In this document: one piece after another, positions 35,233 to 47,684 of the stretch | Layout of the letters: every line of letters begins with the position of its first letter | How positions within the stretch are numbered: position 1 is the first letter of the stretch | Assembly: GCF_009914755.1 (NCBI RefSeq) | Contig: NC_060941.1 | Strand: one strand, 5' to 3' | DNA length: 64,000 bases | Source of the DNA: the human T2T-CHM13v2.0 reference genome, Homo sapiens | Notes under the pieces: model-generated | What the model saw: only the letters and a program-made list of their open reading frames with translations | Told to the model about the DNA's origin: nothing | Databases searched by the model: none | Program-made: the position numbers and the translations under genes

Positions 35233-36147
35233 TATTGCCATCTATTTTTAGCCCAGGGGTCTCCTGGTGGGGACGGACCCCCAGGAGGGCTGCCAGCTCA
35301 CTGGTAGCAGCAGACGGCTGCACATGTCTGGGCAGGCACATCCAGGCCTGTCGCTGAGCAGCTTCTTCAGCTGTCTGAGACTCCAGGAGGCTTTTCACAG
35401 CCTGTTTCTGTTGCCCTTCTTGTAGTCTCGGGACTGCAGGGTCCTTTAATAGGGTGCCCTGCCAGCCCTGGCTGAGGAGCACACCAAAGAACCTTGGGAA
35501 CAGGTTGACATCTCCAATGGGTCAGGTAGAAGCGGTGCCACCTGAGAAGTACCTACTTCCTCAGAGGTGAAGTGGCCCCAGTAAGTGATTTACAGAGAGC
35601 TGCCCCTCGGTCTAGGGCCAACTCTGAACCAGGCCGAAGCTCTTCTATCTGATGATTTAACAAAAGGTGCCAGCATGTCTTTATCACACACTGTCATTAT
35701 GCTGGGCCCCAGACCCAGCACAAGCAACGCTCAGAAGTGAGGCCTGGCATTCTTGCTCCCAGCAAGGCTGTGGCAGGGCCCAGACAGGCAGTTGCCTCCT
35801 GGGCTGGGCATCACATCTTCTGGCCAGGGTTTATTCATTGAGGTCCTACTGTGTGTCAGATGCGAACGTGAAATACCTCATTTAATCAGCACAGTGATCC
35901 TGTAAGATTCCATTGCCATTCCTGATTTACAGAAGACAACTGAGGTTCAGAGGTGTTCCATGATGTGCACAGGGTCATGTAGGGTGGATCCCAAGTTGTG
36001 CAGCTTTCACTGCACCATGTGGCAGCAGACTCTACTAGATCAGGGTTGTTGGTCCTAAAAGCTGTTCAGTGTGACTGTGCCCTTACACCGTGCACCAAGA
36101 AGCCTTCTAGAAGCCGTTTGGCTTCCTCTGACAGACTTTTGTGGTGG

Positions 36148-37122
36148 TTTTACCAGTGGAGGGTGTCCAGGTTCTTAGCGTCTTGAACAAAAATTGGACA
36201 AAATGCACAAACAAAACAAAGAATGAAGCAACAAAAACAGAGATTTATTTTATTTTATTTTTTGAGACTCAGTCTTGCTCTGTCACCCAGGCCGAACTGC
36301 AGTGGCGCTATCTTGGCTCACCGCAAGCTCCGCCTCCTAGGTTCACGCCATTCTCCTGCCTCAGCCTCCCGAGTAGCTGGGACTACAGGCATGCGCCACC
36401 TCGCCCAGCTAATTTTTGTATTTTTAGTAGAGACGGGGTTTCACCGTATTAGCCAGGGTGATCTTGATCTCCTGACCTCGTGATCTGCCCGCCTTGGCCT
36501 CCCAAGTGCTGGGATTACAGGCGTGAGCCACCGTGCCTAGAGATTTATTGAAAACGAAAGTACACTCCACGGGATGGGAGCAGGCCCAAGCATAGGGGAT
36601 CAAGAACCTGGTTGCAGAATTTTCTGGGGTTTAAATACCATCTAGAGGTTTCCCATTGGTTACTTGGTGTACACCCTATGTAAATGAAGTAGTGGCCCAC
36701 AGTCAGTTTGATTGGTTGCAGGAGGGGACCAATCAGAGGCCAAAGTGAAGTTACAAAGTTACACCCTATGCAAACATCTGATTGGTTGCAGAAAGCAATC
36801 AGAAAGCAACCAATCAGAGACTAAAGTGAAGTTACAAAGTGATATTCCTATGCAAATTAAAACTTAGCCTGTGACCAGCCTGATTGGTTGCAGGAGGGGA
36901 CCAATCAGAGATACTCTCAGTTTTTCATCTGCCAGGCAGAAAAGGTTGGGGGGCGAGGAGGCGGTGCGGGGGGGGGGGGCGGTGGGGGGGGCGGGGGGGA
37001 AGGGGATGCAAAGGGAGTAGCTACTTGGGCTCGGAAAATTGGGGTTTTCCTTTTGATTTAGCTCTAGGAAGTCAGTGTGAATCAGCCTTATGTTCCCTGC
37101 CTCCAGACCCTATTCTGCCTCA
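36148..37122 (-). mobile_element. ERV1 solo LTR, MER51-like, interrupted by an Alu
   Basis: Minus strand starts TGAGGCAGAATAGGGTCTGGAGGCAGGGAAC; repeated CCAAT/ATTGG units; 4-bp TSD GTGG (36144-36147 / 37123-37126). Confidence 0.85.
36245..36538 (-). mobile_element. AluY-like element inserted in the MER51 LTR
   Basis: Alu dimer; TSD agagatttatt 36239-36249 / 36539-36549. Confidence 0.9.
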
Positions 37123-37427
37123 GTGGGGGCTCTGATGTGCCAACCAGGGTGCCCTGAATAAAGTGGCTAGCCTGACTGTGGCCCTTCTTCGTGGATGGCT
37201 GTTCCTGGGAGTTCTAGCTCCTCACTAGATGCTCATGAGTCAGCCAGTATGAGAGGTCCCTGGGACTAATCACCTGCCAGGTGTTCCCACGCTTAGGGTT
37301 CGGGATCTGGGCCTCCTGTACCCAATCCCTGCTGTTTTGGCCTGGCTGATGCCCTTGTGGTCTGATTGGAACACTGAGCCCTGGGAAGCTGGCCTCACTT
37401 ATCTTGTCTCTGCTCTCTCTTTCCCAG

Positions 37428-37654
37428 GGCAGCGAGGTCACAGGCCCCACCTTTGCTGATGGCGAGCTCATCCCCAGGGAACCCGGCTTTTTTCCCGAGG
37501 ACGAGGAGGAGGCTATGACGCTGGCGCCACCTGAGGGCCCCCAGGAGTTGTACACAGACAGCCCCATGGAGAGCACTCAGAGCCTGGAGGGGTCTGTCGG
37601 GAGTCCTGCCGAGAAGGACGGGGGACTTGGGGGCCTGTTTCTGCCAGAAGACAA
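37428..37654 (+). CDS. RAB11FIP4: Exon 4 (GSEVTGPTFADGELIPREPG...GLFLPED/K), 227 nt
   Basis: Polypyrimidine tract + cccag acceptor; donor AA|GTGAGT; recognisable FIP4 peptide. Confidence 0.96.
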
Positions 37655-37974
37655 GTGAGTTAAAACCACCTGAAGCTCCATATTTGCCCTCTCAGCCCAG
37701 AAATGTGGTTCTTGGAAAGTGTCTCCAGGAAGTAAATTTGAAACATGCTCAAAATTTGTATCAGAGGCATTAGTGTCATGGGTATTCTGAATAGCACAAG
37801 ATTCTAAGCAGACTAAATGCTTAACAGTAAGGGATAGTTTTGGAATTTTAGGCAGCTGTGCAAAGTCAAGTTTTTAAATTTAATTTTACTTTATTTTCAG
37901 TCCTAGCTGTGCAGGCAAAGGGAGTTTTAAATGACTAGTTAATAATATGAGATATATGATCTCAATTAGTTTTA

Positions 37975-38118
<144 letters not shown>

Positions 38119-38208
38119 TCAAGACCCTGTCTCAAAAAAAAAAAAAAAAAAAAAGGGCAGGTTACAAAGATGTCCATGAGATCAGCTTTGTTAAAAACAC
38201 AAACATAT

Positions 38209-38520
38209 GCCAGGCAAGTGGCATGTGCCTGTAGTCCCAGATACTTGGGAGGCTGAGGCAGGAGGATCACTTAAGCCCAGGACTTCTGGGCTCTAGTGCA
38301 CTATGCCGATCGGATGTCTGCACTAAGTTCAGCATCAGTATGGTGACCTCCCGGGAATGGGTCACCACCAGGTTGCCTAAGGAGGGATGAACTGGCCCAG
38401 GTCAGAAACAGAGCAGGTCAAAACTCGAGTGTTGATCAGTAGTAGGATCACACCTGTGAATAGCCACTGCACTCCAGCCTGGGCAACATAGCAAGACCCC
38501 ATCTCTAAAAAAACCAAAAA
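38209..38520 (+). pseudogene. Full-length 7SL (SRP RNA) processed pseudogene (RN7SL-type)
   Basis: Alu-like ends enclose the 7SL S domain (...gcactaagttcagcatcagtatggtgacctccc...caccaggttgcctaaggaggg...ggtcagaaacagagcaggtcaaaactc...). A-tail present. TSD acaca(a/g)acatatg at 38197-38209 / 38526-38538. Confidence 0.92.
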
Positions 38521-38544
38521 ACAACACACAGACATATGTGTTAG

Positions 38545-39090
<546 letters not shown>

Positions 39091-39424
39091 AGTTGATCAT
39101 TTTAATTACTTCCCATCTACTCTGCTATATTTTCTATATTGAGCATGTACTCCCATAATCAGAAATGTTATTTAAAAACAGTATTAAGACCTAAGTGACT
39201 TCCCAGTGAAGCAGTTTCACCTTTAACTTTGGTGTTGGCAGAAAGGAGTCCCTTCCATCTCAGCCCTCACCAAGTCTCTCGAGGGATACAGTGCTGTGGG
39301 GTGGTGGGAAGCTGCCACCATTGTGGCTGAGGAAGCCGAGGGGGTTGCAAGTGGCAGCCCCTTACCAGAAGGTGATGGTTACGACTGCTGCAGGGATTTG
39401 GAGAGGGAAGAGAGGGGTTCCCAT

Positions 39425-39502
39425 GTTGGTTGAACCACATGAAATTGACAACTTTTAATCATTTCCATCTTCAAAAAAGTAATTTCATGTGGTTCAACCT
39501 AG
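39425..39502. mobile_element. MADE2-like mariner MITE (palindromic, ~80 bp)
   Basis: Perfect 19-bp inverted repeat ggttgaaccacatgaaatt (39428-39446) / aatttcatgtggttcaacc (39481-39499). Confidence 0.8.
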
Positions 39503-39626
39503 TATATCTCAATGCAGGGTTTCTCAAACTCAAGTGATTCTCAGAGTCCTGATGTTCTTGGTGGGGCCCTTTGGGTCTGTGGATGGAGAAGAGGGGCCGT
39601 GCTGCTCGTGCTGCTCTCTGGGAGCA

Positions 39627-39891
39627 GCCTTGTAATCCCAGCAGTTTGGGAGGCTGAGGCGGGCAGATCACCTGAGGCCAGGAGTTTGAGACCAGCCTGG
39701 CCAACATGGCAAAAACCCCATCTCTACTAAAAATACAAAATTAGCTGTGCATGGTGGCAGGAGGCTACTCGCAGCTACTCAGGAGGCTGTGGCAGGTGAA
39801 TCACTAGAACCTGGAAGGCAGAGGTTGCACCAATGCACTCCAGCCAGGCGACAAAGCAAGACTCTGTCTCCAAAAAAAAAAAAAAAAAAAA
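39627..39891 (+). mobile_element. Alu (5' truncated)
   Basis: Alu consensus + A tail. Confidence 0.88.
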
Positions 39892-39899
39892 GACAAACT

Positions 39900-40112
39900 T
39901 AAAAAATAACACAGTATAACAACTATTTACATAGCATTTACATTGCATTAGGTATGATAAGTAATCTAGAGACGATCGAGTATACAGCAGGATATGCATA
40001 GGTTGTATGTGAATACTATGCCATTTCATATCTGGGACTTGAGCATCCTCAGATTTTGGTGTCCACAGGGGGTCCTGGAACAAATCTCTCTTGGATGCCA
40101 AGGGATGACCAT
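39900..40112 (+). mobile_element. MER2/Tigger3-type DNA transposon fragment
   Basis: cagtataacaactatttacatagcatttacattg...gggacttgagcatcctcagattttggt...ggtcctggaac. Confidence 0.8.
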
Positions 40113-40177
40113 ACTCAGTCTTACAGTATCTAAAATTTTAGATCCATTTATATTCATTTTCTGTATTACTCCGAATG

Positions 40178-40582
<405 letters not shown>

Positions 40583-40942
40583 CTACTACAAATGTTTTAA
40601 CAAACCTTTCAACAACTATTTGATATTCCACAATTTAATAATTTACTAACATTATAATTTAATAATTATAATTTGATCTAGCTGTAGCTAGACAATTAGG
40701 TTGTAAGCAGTGTTTTGCTACTGTGGAGTAGCATGGGTAGAATTGGTTTGAACTGTAGAAATGGTTTCTGTGGTGAGATGTTTCCCTTTAGATAGGGTCC
40801 CTGAAATGTACTTACCAGGTCAAGAGCTACAAACTTAATCGGTAGTGCCAATTAAAGGGAAATGCCTGTCAGTTTCCCCACCACGGGCTGTGGCTGGGGA
40901 CCCATGAGTCCTCCTCTGACTTGGGTGCTCTCGGACCCTCAG

Positions 40943-41137
40943 GTCCCTGGTCCACACTCCATCCATGACGACCTCAGACCTTTCTACACACTCCACCACC
41001 TCGCTCATCAGCAATGAGGAGCAGTTTGAAGACTATGGGGAGGGTGACGATGTGGACTGTGCCCCCAGCAGCCCTTGCCCCGATGATGAGACCAGGACCA
41101 ACGTCTACTCGGACCTGGGGTCTTCGGTGTCTTCCAG
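40943..41137 (+). CDS. RAB11FIP4: Exon 5 (SLVHTPSMTTSDLS...SDLGSSVSS), 195 nt
   Basis: ctcag acceptor, AG|GTGGCC donor, phase 2-2, frame continuous. Confidence 0.95.
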
Positions 41138-41691
41138 GTGGCCCCTTGGTCTGGGATGTCATTTGGGGTCAAAAGTTGCAGAAGCAATTTAAGCACATCC
41201 TAGGGGGTGGGGGGGTGCCAGTCCTGAGCTGGCCCTTTTCCTTTGTCCTCAGCTACTTGAGTTCTGCTCCTGGGGCTTGGGGTTGCTACCTTCGCACCCT
41301 GATTAGGGGTCAGGAGTTCCTCCTGAATTAACTGACCTAGGAGGCTGCACACTGGGGGCCACGGGGCTCTGTGTCATCTTGTATCCTAGAACCTCAGTGT
41401 TGAAGCATCCTTCCAAGTGACCCCTGTGATCCCTTCTCACCCACCTGAGTCACCACTTTCTCTGAAATGAGCTCGCAGTTTGCCTTAGCTGTTAAATGGG
41501 TATGCCTCACTGGCTTCTCTTTGAGCGTGTTGGAGAAGGGATGATCTGTTGCTATATTTCCACTCCCTGCCCCTCCCCCGTAACAAGGTTCAAAGGTACT
41601 GGGGACTCAAGTAAAGTCAGCTCAGCAGGGTGGTGTAGGGCACCAGACTGGACAGCAGTTAAGGTGGTGATTCCTTTCCCTCATGAATCAG

Positions 41692-41826
41692 TGCGGGGCA
41701 GACGCCTAGGAAAATGCGGCACGTGTACAACAGCGAATTGCTAGATGTTTACTGCTCTCAATGCTGCAAGAAAATCAACCTGCTCAATGACTTGGAAGCC
41801 CGACTGAAAAACCTGAAGGCCAACAG
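41692..41826 (+). CDS. RAB11FIP4: Exon 6 (AGQTPRKMRHVYNSELLDVYCSQCCKKINLLNDLEARLKNLKAN), 135 nt
   Basis: aatcag acceptor, AG|GTGAGG donor, phase 2-2. Missed by the ORF track but open in the spliced frame. Confidence 0.93.
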
Positions 41827-42136
41827 GTGAGGCCCAGGCCCAGCTGGGGGGTGAGAGGCCGGGGGGCCAGGGCAGGGCCTGGAGGGAAAAGCTACGGGCA
41901 TGGCGAGGCGACCCCTGCTGTCTGGGCAGGTGAGAGCTCTCAGAGGAGGGTTGATCCAGGGGCTTTTTCTGCCACAGGAAATCAGGCTGTTTCTTCTCAG
42001 GACCAAGCTGACTAGTGAATTCCTTTCAGTGGGAGGGAAGAGCCTTGTCCTGCACTGTGGTGTCTTACAGCTAGGACAGAGTAAGGGAGTGGACTAGAAC
42101 CCCTCTGTTCAATGACTGTTTCCTTTCTCTCTCTAG

Positions 42137-42172
42137 CCCCAACCGAAAGATCTCCAGCACGGCCTTTGGACG
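42137..42172 (+). CDS. RAB11FIP4: Exon 7, 36-nt micro-exon (PNRKISSTAFG/R)
   Basis: Strong tcctttctctctctag acceptor, CG|GTAAGG donor, phase 2-2. Confidence 0.92.
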
Positions 42173-43288
42173 GTAAGGCCCGCCTCGAGGGAGGGCAAAT
42201 TGAGTGCTGTCCCCATGCTGCCCACTGGCCGGGGCTCTCTGCCAGCAGCCCGGACTCAGCTGGTGCCCGCATGTGGCTGAGTGAGCAGAGGGGAACGAGG
42301 CCATCCCAGGGCAGTGCAGCCAGGGCAGCGTCACTTCTGAAAAAGAGGGGCCAGCTCCTCCCTGCTCTCTCCCCACCCCTTGTCCCTTCTTCAAATCCTA
42401 GGTCACCTTGACTTCAGGCAGGCATGCCAGGGATGCCCTGAGAGAGACAGAGCACCCCACAGCGTTCAGTGCCCTTCCTGCCTCTTGGAGCTGGCAGCCA
42501 TACTCAATAAAGAGACCCCGGGTTTCCTGCAGGCGGGGATCTGGGCATGAGTGTGCGCCATTGGGGCTGGTCACTTTGCTCCGATTAAGTCCTGCGGCAG
42601 TTCAGTGTGGCCCCAGGTCCACACTCAGGGCTCTGGGAGCTGGCAGCAAGGGCCCAGGAGCTAGGTGGGTTGGCCTCTTGGCAGAGACCCTGGCTGCTGC
42701 CTATCAGGGAGCTGGAAGGGGATGTCACTGGGGGTGGCAGCTGGATTTTGCCTCAGGCACGGGTTAGCTCAGCAGGCCCAGTCCCACCCCAGCTCACTGC
42801 TCTGCAAGGCCTGGAGAATTCTCTGCCTTTGCCATCCCCCAGAGTTCCCAGAGACGTAGCAGGAGCCAGCTTGGTGGAGAGGCTCAAGCCTCAGGAGGCC
42901 CAGACCCTCTTCCAGGGCCATGGAGCTGGGCTACCTCCTTGGGGGCTTCCCCACTGGAAGAGGAGGGGGCTCACGTGCCAGCTGAGGTCACTGGGTAGCT
43001 GCAGGCCAGCATGCTGGCGTGAAGAGGGTTCTGAGGCTGCAGGAGAAGCTGTGCGTCATTGGCTGTGTCTGCCAGGGGACCCCGGGGGTCTGTACAGCCC
43101 ATTTGCCATCCTCTGGGCGGGGTGATCCGCTGAGTTTGGCAACATTCTTCCTCTCAGGCTGAGTGAGGGCAGCCTCCTTAAAGGGGCAGACCCCCTGGGG
43201 TACTGGATGCTCGCCTAGCCAGTAGTGTGAGTAGGCCCCTGTCTCTGGAAGGCCCCTGCAGCCAGACACCCTCCTCCCACCCCTGCAG

Positions 43289-43388
43289 GCAGCTCATGCA
43301 CAGCAGCAACTTCAGCAGCAGCAATGGCAGCACCGAAGACCTGTTCCGGGACAGCATTGACTCTTGCGACAATGACATCACAGAGAAG
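43289..43388 (+). CDS. RAB11FIP4: Exon 8 (QLMHSSNFSSSNGSTEDLFRDSIDSCDNDITEK), 100 nt
   Basis: ctgcag acceptor, AAG|GTGGGC donor. Confidence 0.95.
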
Positions 43389-43669
43389 GTGGGCCTTGGG
43401 TGGCTGGAGAAGGGACTGAATGCATGCCTGCTCCCAGGGGAGATGGGGTGCACTCAGGCTACTGTCTGGGGACTTGGGAGACCCTGTACCTGCCTAGGAA
43501 TTGGGGGCAGGTGGCCCTGGTCACGTGTTCCCCACTCCCCCACCCCACACATGACCGTTCTCAGATACACAGTGGTTTGGAGGTCCTGCTCATGAACCTC
43601 ATGGCGTCGAGGTTCTCGGTTCTGTGGCCTCAGAGGTCTTCTCCACCCCACCCCGGCCCCCTGCTGCAG

Positions 43670-43773
43670 GTAAGCTTCCTGGAAAAGAAGGTGACAGAGC
43701 TGGAGAATGACAGCCTGACCAATGGGGACCTGAAGAGCAAGCTGAAGCAAGAGAACACACAGCTGGTGCACAG
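43670..43773 (+). CDS. RAB11FIP4: Exon 9 (VSFLEKKVTELENDSLTNGDLKSKLKQENTQLVH/R), 104 nt; start of the coiled coil
   Basis: ctgcag acceptor, weak AG|GTCAAG donor, frame continuous. Confidence 0.95.
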
Positions 43774-44866
43774 GTCAAGCAGGCAGCGGCGCTGGGGGCT
43801 CGGCCGTGACGCTGGGGAACAAAGGGGGGTCCATCTTGCTAAGACCTCCAGGAGGAGGCAGCCTCATGCCTTTGCAGCTCTGAGGGTCTGTGACGCATCA
43901 GCCTCTTGTCACATGGCCCTGCCCACATGTGGTGCCCAGGACAGGACCTTAGGGACAGGGAGACAGGTTGGAGCTTGACCTTGGCTCTAGGCCCAATGGA
44001 TTCTACCCCCTGAGGTCTGAAGCCACAGGGCTGGTCCAAGATGGGAGTGGGGATCCACTGTGTCTCACTCATACAGTGACAGGAGCCTGACGTCCCTTCC
44101 TAGGGACAAGCTCTGCAGGGGACAGGCCAGTGTGAGCTGGGCGGTGGGAAGGGTCCAGCACTGCTGCTGATGGAGGTCCCCTGAGCCTGCCGTTCCTGAT
44201 GCTGTCTGCAGTGGTGGATTCAGGGTTTAGTTGTCCTCACCAGATGGCATGACCCTTGGGGGACATACCCTGGCCAGGGGTCCGGTCCTCCAACTTGTCA
44301 CAGGGCCCAAAGATGGGCCCTTTTGTACACCCCAGAAGGTCAGCCTGGTGGAGGGGCTGTTGCCAGTGAGACGTATCCCAGACCGAAATACCAACCAGGC
44401 TGTCACTGGGGTGCTCACATCTACGTGCCCCTGGCCCTGTCCCAGGTCTGGGGCAGACTTCAGGCCACCAGCCAGGATGTGCCTATTTTGGGAGTCAAGG
44501 TGCCCAATAAGCTGAATTATTAATCAGAGGGGTGGCCGGGAAGGAACAGCACAAAAAGAAGAGGTGAGGCCTGAGGTGGTTCCGGCCAGGTGTGGCTGCA
44601 GGGACTGGTGGGGGCGGTCCCTCCCTGTGCTGCCCTGAGCGCCCCACCTTCTGACTGCCAGGCCTGCCCCTCCATGGCATGTGTGACCGACACCCCCTCT
44701 AGATGTGCGGTGTCCCCGTTCATCTCTCTGAAAGCTACTGGCCCACACGCCCTCAGTGGACATGCCAGTGACTCAGGGTCTCGGGGCCCAGGGTCCCCCG
44801 TGCCACAGCCTGGGTTGGGGTGAAATGGTGCAGGCCCCAAGAGCTTGCCCGTTGCGCTGTCCTCAG

Positions 44867-45007
44867 GGTGCATGAGCTGGAGGAGATGGTGAAGGATCAG
44901 GAGACCACGGCCGAGCAGGCTCTGGAGGAGGAGGCGCGGCGCCACCGCGAGGCCTACGGCAAGCTGGAGAGGGAGAAGGCTACCGAGGTGGAGCTGCTCA
45001 ATGCCAG
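44867..45007 (+). CDS. RAB11FIP4: Exon 10 (VHELEEMVKDQE...EVELLNA/R), 141 nt
   Basis: cctcag acceptor, AG|GTGGGC donor; coiled-coil heptads. Confidence 0.96.
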
Positions 45008-46440
45008 GTGGGCCCCTCCACCGAGCCCCCTCCCTCAGAGGGACCCCCTGTCCTGGGGCAGCCCTGTGGGATAGGCGCTATCCCCATTTTATAGATGGGA
45101 ATGTGAGGCTGAGGGGCAGCCTCTTGAGACTTTCCAGTAGTAACAGTTCCACTTTAATACCACGAGAAACACAGAGGCATGCTCTTCAGGAAGTTCGCTA
45201 AGGAATGTTCCCAGGAGCGTGGCTCACATTTGGTAATGCAAACCACACAAATGTCTGTCAGAGAAAAGGGCCTGGGCTGGGTCTCACATCCAGGCCTGGA
45301 GCGCCCCCTGCTGTCAGGTTCTCCCCTGACCCCTGGTGGACTGAGCCAGAGCCCCAGGGCCAAGGTAAATGGAAAACCCGGCTCCTGTGCCTTGCGTGTA
45401 CCTGTGGCTTCGTCATTGGAACGTGACGCAGGCGGGACAAGGAGCAGCCCCGGGCCAGGGATCTGAGTTGGTCTCCCATTAGCTCCATGGCCTTGGACGT
45501 ACTGGGTCACCTCCCTGTGTGCCCCACAGAGCGGCTGTGTGGGTGGGTGAGCCGATGTAAGTCCAGACCCTGCCCACGGGTGAGGGCTATGATGATGCCT
45601 CTGTGATGAAGCCCCTTTGCGGCCCTTGACCGAGGCCGAGGAGGCCGCCTGGGCTTCTGGCAGAGAGGACAGCTGCCCTGGCACTCCTCAGGCCCCCTGA
45701 GGCCCCAGTCTCCATGCTGAGGCTTCCCAGAGTTGCCGAGCCCCACCTGGCGGCTGGTGGGCTGCTGAGCAAATGACTGGGAGTTGGGCTCTCAGGCAGG
45801 TACCTCCCTGCCCCCGTGTCCCTGCCCCTGTGCAGTTTGGTGAGGAGACTTCCCAACTCCCCGGTGTCTGAGACCTGCTTTGCTAAGTTACCCACCAGGG
45901 GTTCATTTTACATTTTGACTCTATTCTAGAAGCTGCTGTTTTGCATCTGTTTCTGGAGGCTGGTGCCTAGTTAAGGGTGACTGCTCTCGCTCAGCCCGCC
46001 TCGGCAGCTGGCCCAAGAGAGGTGGCTGGGACACGGGAGGTGGTAAAAGACAGTGTGAACCTGGGCCACAGGACAAAGTGCAGAAAGCCAGCCCTCGGGA
46101 ACTGTCTCCTAACGTGTGCCCGTCACACAGCTCCGGGGGCGCCATTCGTGTAAAATATCCGAGTGGTGTTCCCAGAGTCCTGCCGTATGCTTGGTTCCCT
46201 ACCACTTCCACCCGCTTGGGGCCACCTGCTGGTGGTGGGGCTGAATTCCTCTCTGGAGCCCAGAGGGCAGTGGAGGCCCAGAAGCCATCCTTCCAGGAAA
46301 GAGGACATGATGGGGAGGTGGTGGGTCAAGAACGGGATGCTCTGCAGGAGTCACTGCCAGAAGTGACCCTGTTCAGTTCTGCTGCCACCGACGGCCCAAC
46401 TCACCTGCACCTATTCTCAGACCATTTAAAACTGACCTGA

Positions 46441-46807
<367 letters not shown>

Positions 46808-47094
46808 TTATTACTGTCAGAGCCCATGCCTGTGGTCATCAGAGGGAGGTGCAGTGAGCGCTCAGAGAAGAGCCCTGGATGAGATGCTGTTGGCGGAGAA
46901 TGAAAAGCCAATATGATCATTGCCTTCAAATTACAGAGTCTAACAGGAGGGCCCAGTCACAGAAGCCACAAGAAGACTGTTTCTCCATCTAGCAGAAAGA
47001 CATCCCCGTGTTGTCTGAGGATCTGAAGGATGCATACAAGAAGAATCTGCGTTCCTACTCTCTAATGAATGTTTCCACTTATTGGAAAAATAAA

Positions 47095-47390
47095 GGCCAC
47101 GTGTGGTGGCTCACTCTTGTAATCCCAACACTTTGGGAGGCCAAGGTGGGCGGATCACATGAGGCCAGGAGTTTTTGAGACCAGCCTGGCCAACATGGCA
47201 AAACCCGTCTCCACTAAAAATACACAAATTAGCTAGGCGTGGTGGTGCATGCCTCTAATCCCAGCTATTCAGGAGGCTGAGGCACGAGAATTGCTGAAGG
47301 AGGCAGAGGTTGCAGAGCTGAGATTGTGCCACCTCACTCCAGCCTGGGCAACAGAGCAGGACTCTGTCTCAAAAAAAAAAGAAAGAAAAT
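47095..47390 (+). mobile_element. AluS
   Basis: Alu consensus. Confidence 0.9.
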
Positions 47391-47602
47391 AAGAATGATA
47401 ATTTAGTGTCCTTACTATTTTGCTTTGGCTGATAGGAAGCTCACGGCTAAATTGTCTTTGACATAATAATCATATTCTTTCTCTCAGTTGGTTTCTGGTA
47501 TCTTTCCTCTGGGAGGAAGCAGAGAATCACTGCAGACTGGCAGGCGCTTATCAGATAGTCTACATTCCAGGTTTCTGAGATTTGTCTTTCTCCTTTCGCC
47601 AG

Positions 47603-47684
47603 GGTGCAGCAGTTGGAGGAAGAAAATACAGAGCTTAGAACAACAGTGACTCGGCTCAAGTCTCAAACAGAGAAACTGGATGAG
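47603..47684 (+). CDS. RAB11FIP4: Exon 11 (VQQLEEENTELRTTVTRLKSQTEKLDE), 82 nt
   Basis: Polypyrimidine tract + gccag acceptor, GAG|GTGAGC donor. Confidence 0.95.
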
